From an uncultured bacterium (GTDB lineage Bacteria; Planctomycetota; GCA-002687715), in the NCBI GenBank assembly GCA_902826835.1, contig CADEGH010000023.1, positions 6,220 to 70,219 of the forward strand: 64,000 nt of DNA. The letters run 5' to 3'. Shown piece by piece: positions 39,198 to 48,744 of this stretch. Under the pieces are notes generated by a model. It made no database searches, had not been told where the DNA came from, and saw nothing but the letters and a program-made list of their open reading frames with translations. Position numbers and translations under genes: made by a program. Positions within the stretch are counted from its first letter, which is position 1. Each line of letters starts with the position of its first letter.

Positions 39198-41063
39198 TCA
39201 AAGGAACAAAACCGTCTCCGGATTCGACAGGGCAGCTCCCCCCGGCACCGTCAGCGACGCCACCAGGGCCTGCAGAGTCAGGCTCGCGCCCGAGAAGGCC
39301 CCGATCGGGATCGGGAAGGCGAGCATCGACTCCCCGTTCGCATCCAAAACGCCCAGCGGATTGCCCGAGAACCCGTCGATCAAAAATGCCGGCAGCGGGG
39401 ACAATTGCAAATTGACGAGCCCGGACCCGACCATCGCGCCGGGTTCGACCGCATTCCCCACCGCGATCAGGAACACCCTCGAAGGCGCTCCGCTCACGCT
39501 GACAAATACCGTACGACCGCCGGGCAGTGAGGTCGCAGGACGGCCGCCAAATCCGCCCCGCATCGCCTGGCTGTTGATCCGGAGCGCGGCATCGCAGCTC
39601 GGGGCTTGCACCCCGGCCGGTGCCGGCCCGGTCTGGCGATAAACGCGCCCGGTGTCGTCCAACTCGTCGGTGACGATGATGTCGGTGTCACCGTCGCGAT
39701 CGTGATCCAAGACCACGGCACACGACGTGGCCGTCGTCGACGGAAGCGCGGCCGAGTTGCCGAAGCCGCCCGCTCCGTTATTGCGCCACACCGTGGCGTT
39801 GGCTCCCCCGAAGGCCCCCACGATGATGTCCAGATCATCGTCGCCTTCGACGTCCCCGACGTCGGCGGAGACCGGGAGACTTCCCACCGCGTACAGCGTC
39901 GGCACGGACATCCCCCCCGTTCCGTTGTTGAGTAGCACCGCGGCCTGGCCGACGTTGTTCAGCGCCACGAGCAGGTCCAAAGCGCCATCGCCGTTGAATT
40001 CGCCGAAGGTCATCGACCAGGGCGTCCCGCCGAGGCTACGCGACGATGCGAAGGTGAAGGTCCCAAGCCCGTCTCCGAGCAGGATCGCCACCGCCGCGTC
40101 GAAAAAATTGCCCGACGCAACATCGAGGCGCCCGTCGCTGTTGAAGTCGGCCAGGGCGATCGCCCACTCGCCGTTACCCCCTCCGTTGAAGTAGGTCGCG
40201 GCCGCGAACGTGCCGTTGCCGTTGTTGCGCAAGACGGCGATGTTGGAGAGGTTCGGGGCCAAGACGTCCACGTCACCGTCGCTGTCGATATCCCCGACGG
40301 AAAGTCCGTGCACCTGGCCACTCACCGAATACTGGACCGGTGCCAAATAGGTGCCCGTCCCACTATTCAGGAAAATGCTGACGCTGTTGCCGTTCTGATT
40401 GCCCGTGGCGAGATCGAGCCAACCATCGCCGTTGAAGTCCGCCCCTTCGTTGGGGCTGGGCTCCACCCCGGAGGGAAGCGGAGTGACGGTGATCGGGCCG
40501 AAGTTCCCACACCCGTCATTCTTGAGCAGACGAACATCGTAGGAGACCTCGTTGGCCGCGCTCATGTCGGGGCTGCCATCGCGGTCGACATCCCCGGCAA
40601 AAAACCCATAGGTGCGGACCAGTCCTTCGCCCGGCATCCGGTAAGGGACCGTGGTCTGCACCGCGAAGACCCCGCTCGAAGCCGCACAATCAGTCCACCA
40701 CGTCGAGGCGAAACCGTTCACGAGGAGGTTGCCTCCGACACTCCCGACCGTCCGCGCCACCGCAAGGGTGGCGATTTCGCTGGCGAACAAGGGACGCGAC
40801 GGCGAGAAAGTCACCACCGCGCCATTGACCGTGAGGGACCCGGCGAGCGGGCCGCTCCAGCGTCCGCCCACCCGCACCGACTGCGCCGTGACCGTAAGGG
40901 GGTTGAGCGGCGCGGAGAAAGTCAGCACTACAGGCTCGGCGCAGGACACCCCCTTCGCCCCGTTGGCCGGGCTCACGCTGAGCACGGTCAAAGGCTGGGC
41001 AACAAGGCTGAACGAAAAGCACGCGACCGACAGCGCGATCGACCAAAGACGACAAGGGAACAT
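39198..41063 (-). CDS. Secreted FG-GAP/VCBS repeat protein with an N-terminal Ig-like (SbsA/BIG-type) domain
   Basis: The internal Met at 41063 gives the signal MFPCRLWSIALSVACFSFSLVAQP. Ig-like LSVSPANGAKGVSCAEPVVLTFSAPLNP; many FG-GAP repeats (ADFNGDGWLDLA, VGDIDSDGDVDVLA, LADFNSDGRLDVA). Confidence 0.65.
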   Translation of the reverse strand: MFPCRLWSIALSVACFSFSLVAQPLTVLSVSPANGAKGVSCAEPVVLTFSAPLNPLTVTAQSVRVGGRWSGPLAGSLTVNGAVVTFSPSRPLFASEIATLAVARTVGSVGGNLLVNGFASTWWTDCAASSGVFAVQTTVPYRMPGEGLVRTYGFFAGDVDRDGSPDMSAANEVSYDVRLLKNDGCGNFGPITVTPLPSGVEPSPNEGADFNGDGWLDLATGNQNGNSVSIFLNSGTGTYLAPVQYSVSGQVHGLSVGDIDSDGDVDVLAPNLSNIAVLRNNGNGTFAAATYFNGGGNGEWAIALADFNSDGRLDVASGNFFDAAVAILLGDGLGTFTFASSRSLGGTPWSMTFGEFNGDGALDLLVALNNVGQAAVLLNNGTGGMSVPTLYAVGSLPVSADVGDVEGDDDLDIIVGAFGGANATVWRNNGAGGFGNSAALPSTTATSCAVVLDHDRDGDTDIIVTDELDDTGRVYRQTGPAPAGVQAPSCDAALRINSQAMRGGFGGRPATSLPGGRTVFVSVSGAPSRVFLIAVGNAVEPGAMVGSGLVNLQLSPLPAFLIDGFSGNPLGVLDANGESMLAFPIPIGAFSGASLTLQALVASLTVPGGAALSNPETVLFL

Positions 41064-41190
41064 CGGGGAATCCTCCGAACGTGGCTGCACTCCGAGGTGG
41101 CAGGGACCATGGCACCACGAAACGGGTCCGAATGCAAGTGCCGGATCGAACCCAGGGTGAGCGCCGTCCACGTAGGATCCTCGACGCTCT

Positions 41191-44100
41191 ATGAACTTCG
41201 CCCCTCCCCCTTCCGACTCCCGCCCTGAAACCGCGCCCACTCCCTCGCCCAAAGTCGAGGAGTGGAAACGCCGACTCCTGGACCTTTCGGCCCGCAATCG
41301 TCTCCTGCATTTCCGCACCACGAAGTGCACGATCGAGCTCGGCGAACAACCCCTGGCGGCACTGGCCGCCCGTCTCGAGAAGTCGGAACTGCGATTCGAT
41401 GCACTTCGACCCGAGCGAGAAGACGAAGCCGGGGACGCGCGGCCGCTCGCCCGGGCCGCCGCCATTCAGCGGGGTGTCCTGGAATGCGAACACCCGAAGG
41501 AGGAACTCCCGGAGCGACTCCTCGCGACCTGGCGAGCCGCTCGCACCGAACTCTCGGAGACCGGAACGAGCACTCTGACCTGCATCCTAGGTTTTGTGCG
41601 GTGGGCCGACGAGGATCCGCAGGGGCCAGCTCGCCGAGCCCCGTTGCTCCTCCTGCCCATCGAACTCGAGCGCACGCTCTCCACGCATCGATTCCACATG
41701 CGCTGGCGCGATGCGGACGCACGGCTCAACGAAACCCTGGTGGAGAAACTCCGTCGCGACTTCTCCATCGATCTGAGTTCGGTCAGTGCGTTGCCCGAGA
41801 CCGAAGAGGGCACCCTCGACATTCCCCACTTCTTGGCGCAAGTGCGGACCCAAATCAGCTCTGATCCTCGTCTCTCCCTCGAAGAGACGAGCGCGGTGGG
41901 ATTCCTTTCCTTTTCGCGATTTCTCCTGTGGCACGACCTCGTGGAGCGCGAAGCCACGCTGCTCGACCAGCCTCTCTTGGCGCACCTCGTCCGCGGAACG
42001 CCCCACCCAAGTCTCGAACCCCGCTTCAAGTCGAAGACCTCGTTGCGTCAATCCCGGCCGTGGACGGCCTGGCCACTCGTGCTCGACGCCGACGGCTCCC
42101 AGCTCACCGCCATCGAAGCGGCCCTCTCCGGGCAGAGTTTTGTTCTTCAGGGTCCGCCGGGAACCGGCAAGTCCCAGACCATCACCAACCTGATCGCCGC
42201 CTTCCTCGCGGAGGGCAAGACCGTGCTGTTTGTCGCTGAAAAGCAAGCGGCGCTGCAAGTCGTCGCGGAGCGACTCCGGCGTGTCGGCCTCGGCGACGCC
42301 TGCCTCGAATTGCATTCCACGAAAGCCAGCAAGCGCGAGCTGGCGACCGAACTGGTCCGAGTCTTGGACCTCCCTTTGGTCCAGGACCGACCGAAGCTCA
42401 ACGGGACGCGGGATCTCGACGAGTTGGTCCGTAGCCTCGAAACGAGCGCCGAGGCGTTGCACCAACCGTTCCCCCTCGGAACGAGCGTGTTCGAGTTTGG
42501 CCACGAGGCGAGCCCCGCCGCGGCTTCGCAATTCACCATGGAGTTCGACTCCATCCTCGAAACGACCCGGGACCTCCACGAGCGGCGGCTCGTCGGCCTG
42601 CGCGAGTTGGCAGCGCAAGCGAAGGACCAGGGTGACCTCGCGTTGCATCCGCTCCGGGACTGCCGACGCACGGAGTGGTCACCCCTCATCGAATCCCAGC
42701 TTCGAACCGCTCTCGCGGGGCACCTTGGGGCCCTTCGAGACTGGAGTTCTGCGCACGTGCGAGCTGCGATCCTGCTCGGGATCTCCCCCGAGCGCGCCGC
42801 AGGCGCCACCGATCGGGTGTGCGAGCTTCTGCGCCTCCTGCCCGGTTGCATCCCCACGGAGTTCGCTGACCAGGGCCCGGGCACGATCGATACCCGACTC
42901 GCTCAAGGTCTCGAGGCCTGGCACGAACGCGCTGAAGAACTGGATCGGGTGGGCTGCGCCTTGACCCCGTGGCTTCGCGAGTCGGTTCTCGACTTGGACC
43001 TGAATTCCCTCCTCCGCGAAGCCGAGGGCGCGGCCGAGAAGGCCTTCCCTCTCAAGTGGTGGAAGGAGCGATCACTGTGGAAAGCCCTGGGCAGCGCGCT
43101 CTTGAGCGGAAAGCCGCCCGCGCTCCCTTTGTCCGAACTCCTGCGGCTCGCTCAGCGCTGGCAGTCGCTCCTTCGGGGCCCCAATTCGGCGCTCGCCGCC
43201 GCCCCGAGCGGCCTTGCGGCCACGGTGAGGGAGTCGCTGAACCTCGCCCCGGCGCGAATCCTTGAACTCGCGCAATGGGCCCACCGCTTTGCGGCGGTGG
43301 CGGGACACGGCGGAGCCGTCTCGCTCATTCCGGCGGCGTGGCCAGGCGCCAGTGAAGCCGAGGCCGCGGGCGTTGCCCATGCGCTTGCGGTCGCAAGCGA
43401 GCAAGTCGTTTCGAGTGGACTCCGCATCGCGGACCTCTTGCAGCTCCCCCCTCATCATCCACTGCGTCATCAGCGCGCCCGCGGCGTGGTTCCCGCGGAG
43501 ACCCTCCAGGCCTGGCAGGCTGGTCTGCCTCGCTTGCGGGCGTGGGCACGTTTCATTCAAGCGGAATCCGCACTCCACGGCACGGGGATGGAAAGCCTCC
43601 TCGCCGCCCTTCATTCCGGGAGGGTCGAAGCGGACTCGCTAGTCGCTGCCTACGAAACCGACTTCCGCCGGCAGTGGTTGAGCACCGCCATTGACTCACT
43701 GCCCACTCTGCGGGGATTTCATGGCCCGGAGCACCAGCGCCGACTCTCGGAATTTCGTGAAGGCGATCGGGAGTGGATTGCCGCGGGCGGCGAACAAGTT
43801 TCCCACGCGGTGGCCAAACGGCGGCCGACCGCGAACCATCCGGACTTGCCGCAATCCGAGTTGAAAGTGCTCCGCCACGAAGCCAAGAAAAAGGTCCGTC
43901 ATTGGCCGATTCGCCGGCTCTTGTCCGCGACCACACAGACTTGGCCCCGACTTAAGCCGTGCCTGCTCATGAGCCCGCTCTCGGTCGCCGAGTTCCTACC
44001 GGCCGGAGAATTCCAGGCCGACCTGGTGGTCTTCGACGAAGCAAGCCAGGTGCCCACCCACGTCGCGGTCGGGGCAATCGCGCGCGGCCGGCAAGTCGTG

Positions 44101-45264
44101 ATCGTCGGGGACAGTCAGCAGCTTCCGCCCACGGACTTCTTCGACAAGAAGCTCGACGACGAAGACGAGGTAGCGGAGGAGTCCGGCGTTTTGCCCGACC
44201 TCGAGAGTATTCTCACCACCGCGGAAGCCGAGCTCGTACCGAGCTGGCGACTCCAGTGGCACTACCGAAGCCGCCACGAAGACCTCATCGCGTTCAGCAA
44301 TCGCCACTTCTACGGCGGCGAATTGGTCACCTTCCCGAGCCCCCACTCCGGAGGATCCGACCGCGGGCTGTCGCTGCGGAGGATCGAGGGCGATTATGGC
44401 GGCAGCACCACCCGCACCAATCCGAAGGAGGCCGCGGCGGTGGTGGAGTGGATTGTCGCCACCCTCCGGGATCCGGCGCAGCGGTCGAGGTCGATTGGCG
44501 TCGTCACCTTCAACCAGCCGCAACAGGTCTTGATCGAAGACTTGCTGGACCATGCGCGCGAACAATTCCCGGAAATCGAGCCGGCCTTCGCCCCGACCCA
44601 CTCTCATCCCCTCTTCGTCAAGAACCTCGAAAACGTGCAAGGAGACGAACGGGACATCATGCTCTTCTCCGTGACGTACGGGCCCGACAGCTCCGGGCGG
44701 TTGCGTCAGCATTTTGGCCCCCTCAACAACGAAGGAGGCGAAAAGAGACTCAATGTCGCAATCACGCGGGCTCGCGAACAGTTGATCGTCTTCACTTCGA
44801 TTCCGCCCGGAGCCCTGAATCCCGATCGCATGCAAGCCCGCGGCGCGCGCCTCTTGGCCGAATTTCTCCAATTCGCCGAGTCCGCGGGCGTGGAGCGGTC
44901 CGCCCTCGACCCGCAGGCGTCCCCCGGATCCCACGAGTCCCCCTCACTCGCGAGCCGGATCGCCGATGCTCTGAATAGCCGTGGCTACACCGTGCACTGT
45001 GGTCTGGGCGCGTCCAATCTGCGGATTGACGTGGCGGTGCGTCACCCGCACCAACCGGATCGTTGGATCTTGGGCATTCTGACCGACGCCCCGACCGCCC
45101 TACCCACCGCCAATTTGCGCGACCACGAGCGACTGCGCATCGAGGTCTTGCAGCGCCTCGGCTGGGAATTGCACCAGGCGTGGTCGCCCGACTGGTGGCA
45201 CGACGCCGACGCGGAAATCCGGTGCATCGTGGACAAGCTCGAGTCCTTGACGGCCGCCCCCTGA
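41191..45264 (+). CDS. Large protein combining DUF4011, an SF1 (Upf1/DNA2-like) helicase and a DUF3320 REase-like domain
   Basis: 1357 aa. DUF4011 N-terminus (RLLDLSARNRLLHFRTTK). Walker A FVLQGPPGTGKSQTITNLIA, motif II LVVFDEASQV, VVIVGDSQQLPPT, the motif V/VI block RLNVAITRAREQLIVFTS, and a C-terminal DUF3320-like region. Confidence 0.8.
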   Translation: MNFAPPPSDSRPETAPTPSPKVEEWKRRLLDLSARNRLLHFRTTKCTIELGEQPLAALAARLEKSELRFDALRPEREDEAGDARPLARAAAIQRGVLECEHPKEELPERLLATWRAARTELSETGTSTLTCILGFVRWADEDPQGPARRAPLLLLPIELERTLSTHRFHMRWRDADARLNETLVEKLRRDFSIDLSSVSALPETEEGTLDIPHFLAQVRTQISSDPRLSLEETSAVGFLSFSRFLLWHDLVEREATLLDQPLLAHLVRGTPHPSLEPRFKSKTSLRQSRPWTAWPLVLDADGSQLTAIEAALSGQSFVLQGPPGTGKSQTITNLIAAFLAEGKTVLFVAEKQAALQVVAERLRRVGLGDACLELHSTKASKRELATELVRVLDLPLVQDRPKLNGTRDLDELVRSLETSAEALHQPFPLGTSVFEFGHEASPAAASQFTMEFDSILETTRDLHERRLVGLRELAAQAKDQGDLALHPLRDCRRTEWSPLIESQLRTALAGHLGALRDWSSAHVRAAILLGISPERAAGATDRVCELLRLLPGCIPTEFADQGPGTIDTRLAQGLEAWHERAEELDRVGCALTPWLRESVLDLDLNSLLREAEGAAEKAFPLKWWKERSLWKALGSALLSGKPPALPLSELLRLAQRWQSLLRGPNSALAAAPSGLAATVRESLNLAPARILELAQWAHRFAAVAGHGGAVSLIPAAWPGASEAEAAGVAHALAVASEQVVSSGLRIADLLQLPPHHPLRHQRARGVVPAETLQAWQAGLPRLRAWARFIQAESALHGTGMESLLAALHSGRVEADSLVAAYETDFRRQWLSTAIDSLPTLRGFHGPEHQRRLSEFREGDREWIAAGGEQVSHAVAKRRPTANHPDLPQSELKVLRHEAKKKVRHWPIRRLLSATTQTWPRLKPCLLMSPLSVAEFLPAGEFQADLVVFDEASQVPTHVAVGAIARGRQVVIVGDSQQLPPTDFFDKKLDDEDEVAEESGVLPDLESILTTAEAELVPSWRLQWHYRSRHEDLIAFSNRHFYGGELVTFPSPHSGGSDRGLSLRRIEGDYGGSTTRTNPKEAAAVVEWIVATLRDPAQRSRSIGVVTFNQPQQVLIEDLLDHAREQFPEIEPAFAPTHSHPLFVKNLENVQGDERDIMLFSVTYGPDSSGRLRQHFGPLNNEGGEKRLNVAITRAREQLIVFTSIPPGALNPDRMQARGARLLAEFLQFAESAGVERSALDPQASPGSHESPSLASRIADALNSRGYTVHCGLGASNLRIDVAVRHPHQPDRWILGILTDAPTALPTANLRDHERLRIEVLQRLGWELHQAWSPDWWHDADAEIRCIVDKLESLTAAP

Positions 45265-45286
45265 TTCAGGTCAGCCCGATGCCGGA

Positions 45287-45559
45287 TCAGCTCTCTTCGG
45301 GCTCGTCCGACTTCTTCGCCCCCTCCCGTTCCTCGGGAGGAATGTAGGCGAACTTCTCTTTGAGGGTGGCCAGGAGGCCGTCGATTTCCGGTTTGGTCCC
45401 CGTGACCTTCACGATCGAAGCGTCCTCGTGGAAAGCCGAAAGTGGGGTGGTCTTCGCCCATGTACGCACGAACTCGACGACGGCCGGGGCGTACTCCTCC
45501 TTGTACTTCTTGAAGGTCTTGGTGTAACGCAGAGCGACCTGGGGAGAGACTTGCGACAT
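45287..45559 (-). CDS. Hypothetical small protein (90 aa)
   Basis: Clean ORF, convergent with the helicase gene and 40 nt downstream of rlmN on the same strand. No family recognised. Confidence 0.4.
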   Translation of the reverse strand: MSQVSPQVALRYTKTFKKYKEEYAPAVVEFVRTWAKTTPLSAFHEDASIVKVTGTKPEIDGLLATLKEKFAYIPPEEREGAKKSDEPEES

Positions 45560-45598
45560 GGCACTCTCGAGTGGGTTGATGAGAGCCTACCGGGGGGT

Positions 45599-46690
45599 CT
45601 ATACGGCTTCAACGGAACGACGGAAGGTCTGCCCCTGCTTCAGGAGCGAGGTCCCAAGCTGGCCACAGGCGGCCCCCTGGTCGCGGCCGGAGCTCCGGCG
45701 GATTTTCACCGGAAAGCCCAGCGGCCGAAGCTTGCTCGTCCAGGCTCGCACTTCTTCGAGCGTGGGGGCCGCGAGTTCGGGATCGACGGGGTTGAGCGGA
45801 ATCACGTTGAGGATGAATTTGAAGCCCACGAGGTGCTGCTTGATCGCTTCGATGTCCTCGTCCCCGAGCGTCCAGTCTCGAATTGCGATGTACTCGAGAG
45901 TGACGTGTTTGCCCCCCCGGGACGCCCCATACTCGCGTATCGAATCCAGCAGCGACTCGAAGCCGTAGGTGCGCTGGATCGGCATGAGCTGCGCCCGCTT
46001 TTCGGGCACGGCGCTACCCAGACTGAAAACCAGCTTCATGCGGTGCCCCGCGGCCGTGAAGCGACGGATCGCCGGCACGATCCCGGAAGTCGAGATGACC
46101 ATCCGCTTCTGCGAAATCTGCGCGCCCTTGGTGCTGGCGAGAATCGCACAGCTCTTGTAAACCGCGGCTTCGTTTTGCAGCGGCTCACCCATCCCCATGA
46201 AGACGAGGTCCGAGATCCGTTTCCCGGAGTGGGCGGCCACGGTCAGCACTTGGCCGACGATTTCGTGCACCTCGAGGTTGCGCAAGAGCCCCAACTTGCC
46301 GGTGGCGCAAAAGCCGCAGCGCAGCGCGCAACCCGCCTGGCTCGAGACGCAGGCCGTCCAAAGCCCGTGATGGGGAATCAGAACCGTCTCGATCACCGCC
46401 CCGTCACGCAGTCGGAAGGCATAACGAACGCTCTGATCCCATGAGGGTTCCGCCTCGAGGATTTCGAGCGCCCCAAGTTCGAAGAGCTCAGCGAGGCGGG
46501 CCCGTTTGTGGGCGCCCACGCCGGGCAAGGATCCGAGGTCGAACTGCCCGTTTTGATGGACGAGACGGTAAGCGATCTCGGGGAGCTTGGCGCCAAACGC
46601 GAGCAGACCCGCGTGATCGAGGGCGGCGGTGAGTTCCTCCTCGGTCAAGCTCAGAAATGGGGTCTTTGTGACCTCCGCCGTCAGTCCCAA
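45599..46690 (-). CDS. rlmN: 23S rRNA/tRNA adenine C2-methyltransferase RlmN (radical SAM)
   Basis: 363 aa with the radical-SAM cluster motif CALRCGFCATG, GMGEPL, and the conserved C-terminal catalytic Cys region typical of RlmN/Cfr. Confidence 0.85.
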   Translation of the reverse strand: MGLTAEVTKTPFLSLTEEELTAALDHAGLLAFGAKLPEIAYRLVHQNGQFDLGSLPGVGAHKRARLAELFELGALEILEAEPSWDQSVRYAFRLRDGAVIETVLIPHHGLWTACVSSQAGCALRCGFCATGKLGLLRNLEVHEIVGQVLTVAAHSGKRISDLVFMGMGEPLQNEAAVYKSCAILASTKGAQISQKRMVISTSGIVPAIRRFTAAGHRMKLVFSLGSAVPEKRAQLMPIQRTYGFESLLDSIREYGASRGGKHVTLEYIAIRDWTLGDEDIEAIKQHLVGFKFILNVIPLNPVDPELAAPTLEEVRAWTSKLRPLGFPVKIRRSSGRDQGAACGQLGTSLLKQGQTFRRSVEAV

Positions 46691-47004
46691 CGGTGGCCTC
46701 CCCCCAAGGGGTCCGGCTTGGGCTTTTCCTTCGCCGCCTTGTCTTTGGCTTGCTGGAAGAGGTCGTCCAGCCGTTTCGAGGAGTTCTTGAGGTCTTTCTG
46801 GGCGGCCGTGAAAGCGTCGTCGGCCCGCTTGTCCGCGTCCTTTTTGTTGCGAACCGCCGCCCCGAGGGAGTCCTCCCCCACTCCCCGGTCCTCCTTCAAA
46901 TGGAGGCCCTTGCGGAAGGACAGGACCCGCTCCTCTTCGACGTGGATCTCAAGCACGTGCTGACAGCAGGGGCAGCGCACGTTGATGATGGTGGTGTCGT
47001 CCAT
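46681..47004 (-). CDS. Small zinc-ribbon protein (CPxC...C..H)
   Basis: The internal Met at 47004 (MDDTTIINVRCPCCQHVLEI...) is followed by a Lys/Asp-rich tail. It overlaps the rlmN start by 10 nt. Confidence 0.4.
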   Translation of the reverse strand: MDDTTIINVRCPCCQHVLEIHVEEERVLSFRKGLHLKEDRGVGEDSLGAAVRNKKDADKRADDAFTAAQKDLKNSSKRLDDLFQQAKDKAAKEKPKPDPLGGGHRWD

Positions 47005-47074
47005 GGAGAGACCTCCTCCGGACTCGCCGGGGGCCCCCACCTTATCCTCTGGGGAACCCGCGTAGAATGCCCCC

Positions 47075-47989
47075 GTGGTCGAGAAAGAGCCCGAACTTCC
47101 CGAGCAGTTGAGCCTCTTCCCCGAGGAATTGAAGGGGCGAGAGAGTCCGATCGGGGTCCGCTTTCGAGAAGTTGCCACGGTCGGGCCCGCCCCGACCTTC
47201 ACAGGCGAGCTCATTCCGTTGGTCCAGGCGGTAGCGGAATTCCCTTCGACCACTCCCGTCCGCGTCCAATTCACCGACAATCGTACGGTGCTTCTCTCGG
47301 TCCGACGGCTCGAGGGGGGCCTGATCCTGCGCGCGCACCGCTGCTTCGAATCGGCCCCCCGAGAGGTGGTCGATGCGGTGATCCGCCTCTACCTCACTCG
47401 GTCGCCGAGGACCGAGCGACGCCGCCTCGCCCACCGGGTCGTCGTATGGCACCAGTCCGTGGCCGCGCCCCCGGAAAGTGTGGGAGCGGACCGTATCAAT
47501 CCTGGCCAGCACCACGACTTGCGCGCTACCCTCGAGCGGGTGAATCGCGACCATTTCGACGGCCGACTCGACCTCGATATCACCTTCGGTCTCCGGCCCT
47601 CCCGACGCCAATTGGGGCACCACGAACGCCGCGCGCCGAAAAGCCTGATCGTGCTCAACCCAATCCTCGACCACCCTTGGATCACTGCGTGGTACCTGGA
47701 CTTCTTGGTGTTCCACGAGATGCTGCACGAAGTGGTGCCCCCGGTGCCGACTGCCAAGCGGCTCTTGGTCCACCCCCCGGAGTTCCGCCGCCGGGAACGC
47801 CTCCATCCCGACTACGAACGGTCGCAGCCCTACGAAGAGTGGATCATGGGCGCGGCGTGGAAACAACTCTTGGTGGCAGCTCAGCGCGAGCAGCGCCAAA
47901 GAATGAACAGGATCGCGGAAGGCACCGCCAGCGCCATCCCCCGGCGGAAGAGCCGCGGCAACCGGGGCGAGGGCGCGGGCGACCCGTAA
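47075..47989 (+). CDS. SprT-like / DUF45-type zinc metalloprotease-fold protein
   Basis: 304 aa. The HExxH motif LVFHEMLHEVV follows a 'WITAWYLDF' region, as in SprT/DUF45 proteins. Confidence 0.5.
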   Translation: MVEKEPELPEQLSLFPEELKGRESPIGVRFREVATVGPAPTFTGELIPLVQAVAEFPSTTPVRVQFTDNRTVLLSVRRLEGGLILRAHRCFESAPREVVDAVIRLYLTRSPRTERRRLAHRVVVWHQSVAAPPESVGADRINPGQHHDLRATLERVNRDHFDGRLDLDITFGLRPSRRQLGHHERRAPKSLIVLNPILDHPWITAWYLDFLVFHEMLHEVVPPVPTAKRLLVHPPEFRRRERLHPDYERSQPYEEWIMGAAWKQLLVAAQREQRQRMNRIAEGTASAIPRRKSRGNRGEGAGDP

Positions 47990-48141
47990 GGATGAACCAG
48001 AAGCTCGAGGCGCCGAAATCCCGCGACCTTCGTCGCACACTGGGCACACGACCGCAAGTGACTCTCGACTTCGCTCGAGGGTCGGGGCGACAGCCGGGCG
48101 CCACGAAATCGCACCCACTCGAAACAGGAGAGATCCGTCAG

Positions 48142-48744
48142 ATGCTGGTCCATCCGAGCGCAGTCTACGACGACCCGGCGAAGAGCCGAGTCCCCCGACT
48201 CCGAAGCCTCGTAGCGGGAGGCCTCACCCTCCTGATCTCGTTTGGATGCGCGGGATCCCGCCCAGTCGAGCCAGAAGGGCCCAAAGCAAGCACGGGAGGC
48301 CTCGAAACCACGCAGGCGTTTGTCGCCGCGTTGAACTCGGGGGACTCGGCCGCCGCCGCCCGATTTGTCGACTGGGATCTGTGGGTGGCCGAGGATCCAG
48401 CGCTCGCCTATCTCGTGCATAGCCTGAAGCAGAACTACGTCACCTTCCCCGCCACTCCCGACGACCGGGCTCGGCGGCCGATCGAACACGCCACGATCAC
48501 GGTGGGCGAGCTCCTGGACGCTGCCGAACCAGGCCCGCTCCTCGCTCGATCTGCGGAAGAGCGATTCATCGTCGAAGCCGGGCGAGACTTCGCGCCGACC
48601 GCGCGTCGAACCGACGCCAAGCTCCTCGACTATCACTCAGACCAGCGCGAACGCAGCGCCACCCTGCTCATGCCCAACGGCGAAATTGTCGAGGCTCGGC
48701 TGGTGTGGACCGACGGTAAGTACCGCCTCGTTCCCCGCTGGTGA
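48142..48744 (+). CDS. Hypothetical lipoprotein or secreted protein
   Basis: The ATG at 48142 is preceded by AGGAG (48124-48128). Hydrophobic LVAGGLTLLISFGCAGS with Cys. In-frame alternatives exist at 47992. The 683-aa ORF listed from 46693 is a GC artefact. Confidence 0.35.
   Translation: MLVHPSAVYDDPAKSRVPRLRSLVAGGLTLLISFGCAGSRPVEPEGPKASTGGLETTQAFVAALNSGDSAAAARFVDWDLWVAEDPALAYLVHSLKQNYVTFPATPDDRARRPIEHATITVGELLDAAEPGPLLARSAEERFIVEAGRDFAPTARRTDAKLLDYHSDQRERSATLLMPNGEIVEARLVWTDGKYRLVPRW

Noticed and set aside
39163-39212. Possible hairpin between the DUF2007 gene and the convergent FG-GAP gene
   Set aside because: Only a 6-7-bp imperfect stem with a ~20-nt loop and no U-tract. Not convincing as a terminator.
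46693-48744. 683-aa plus-strand ORF spanning four real genes
   Set aside because: It runs antisense or off-frame through rlmN, the Zn-ribbon gene and the SprT-like gene. It is Arg/Pro/Gly-rich, which is typical of GC-rich off-frame translation. Only its last ~200 codons (from 48142) look like a real gene.
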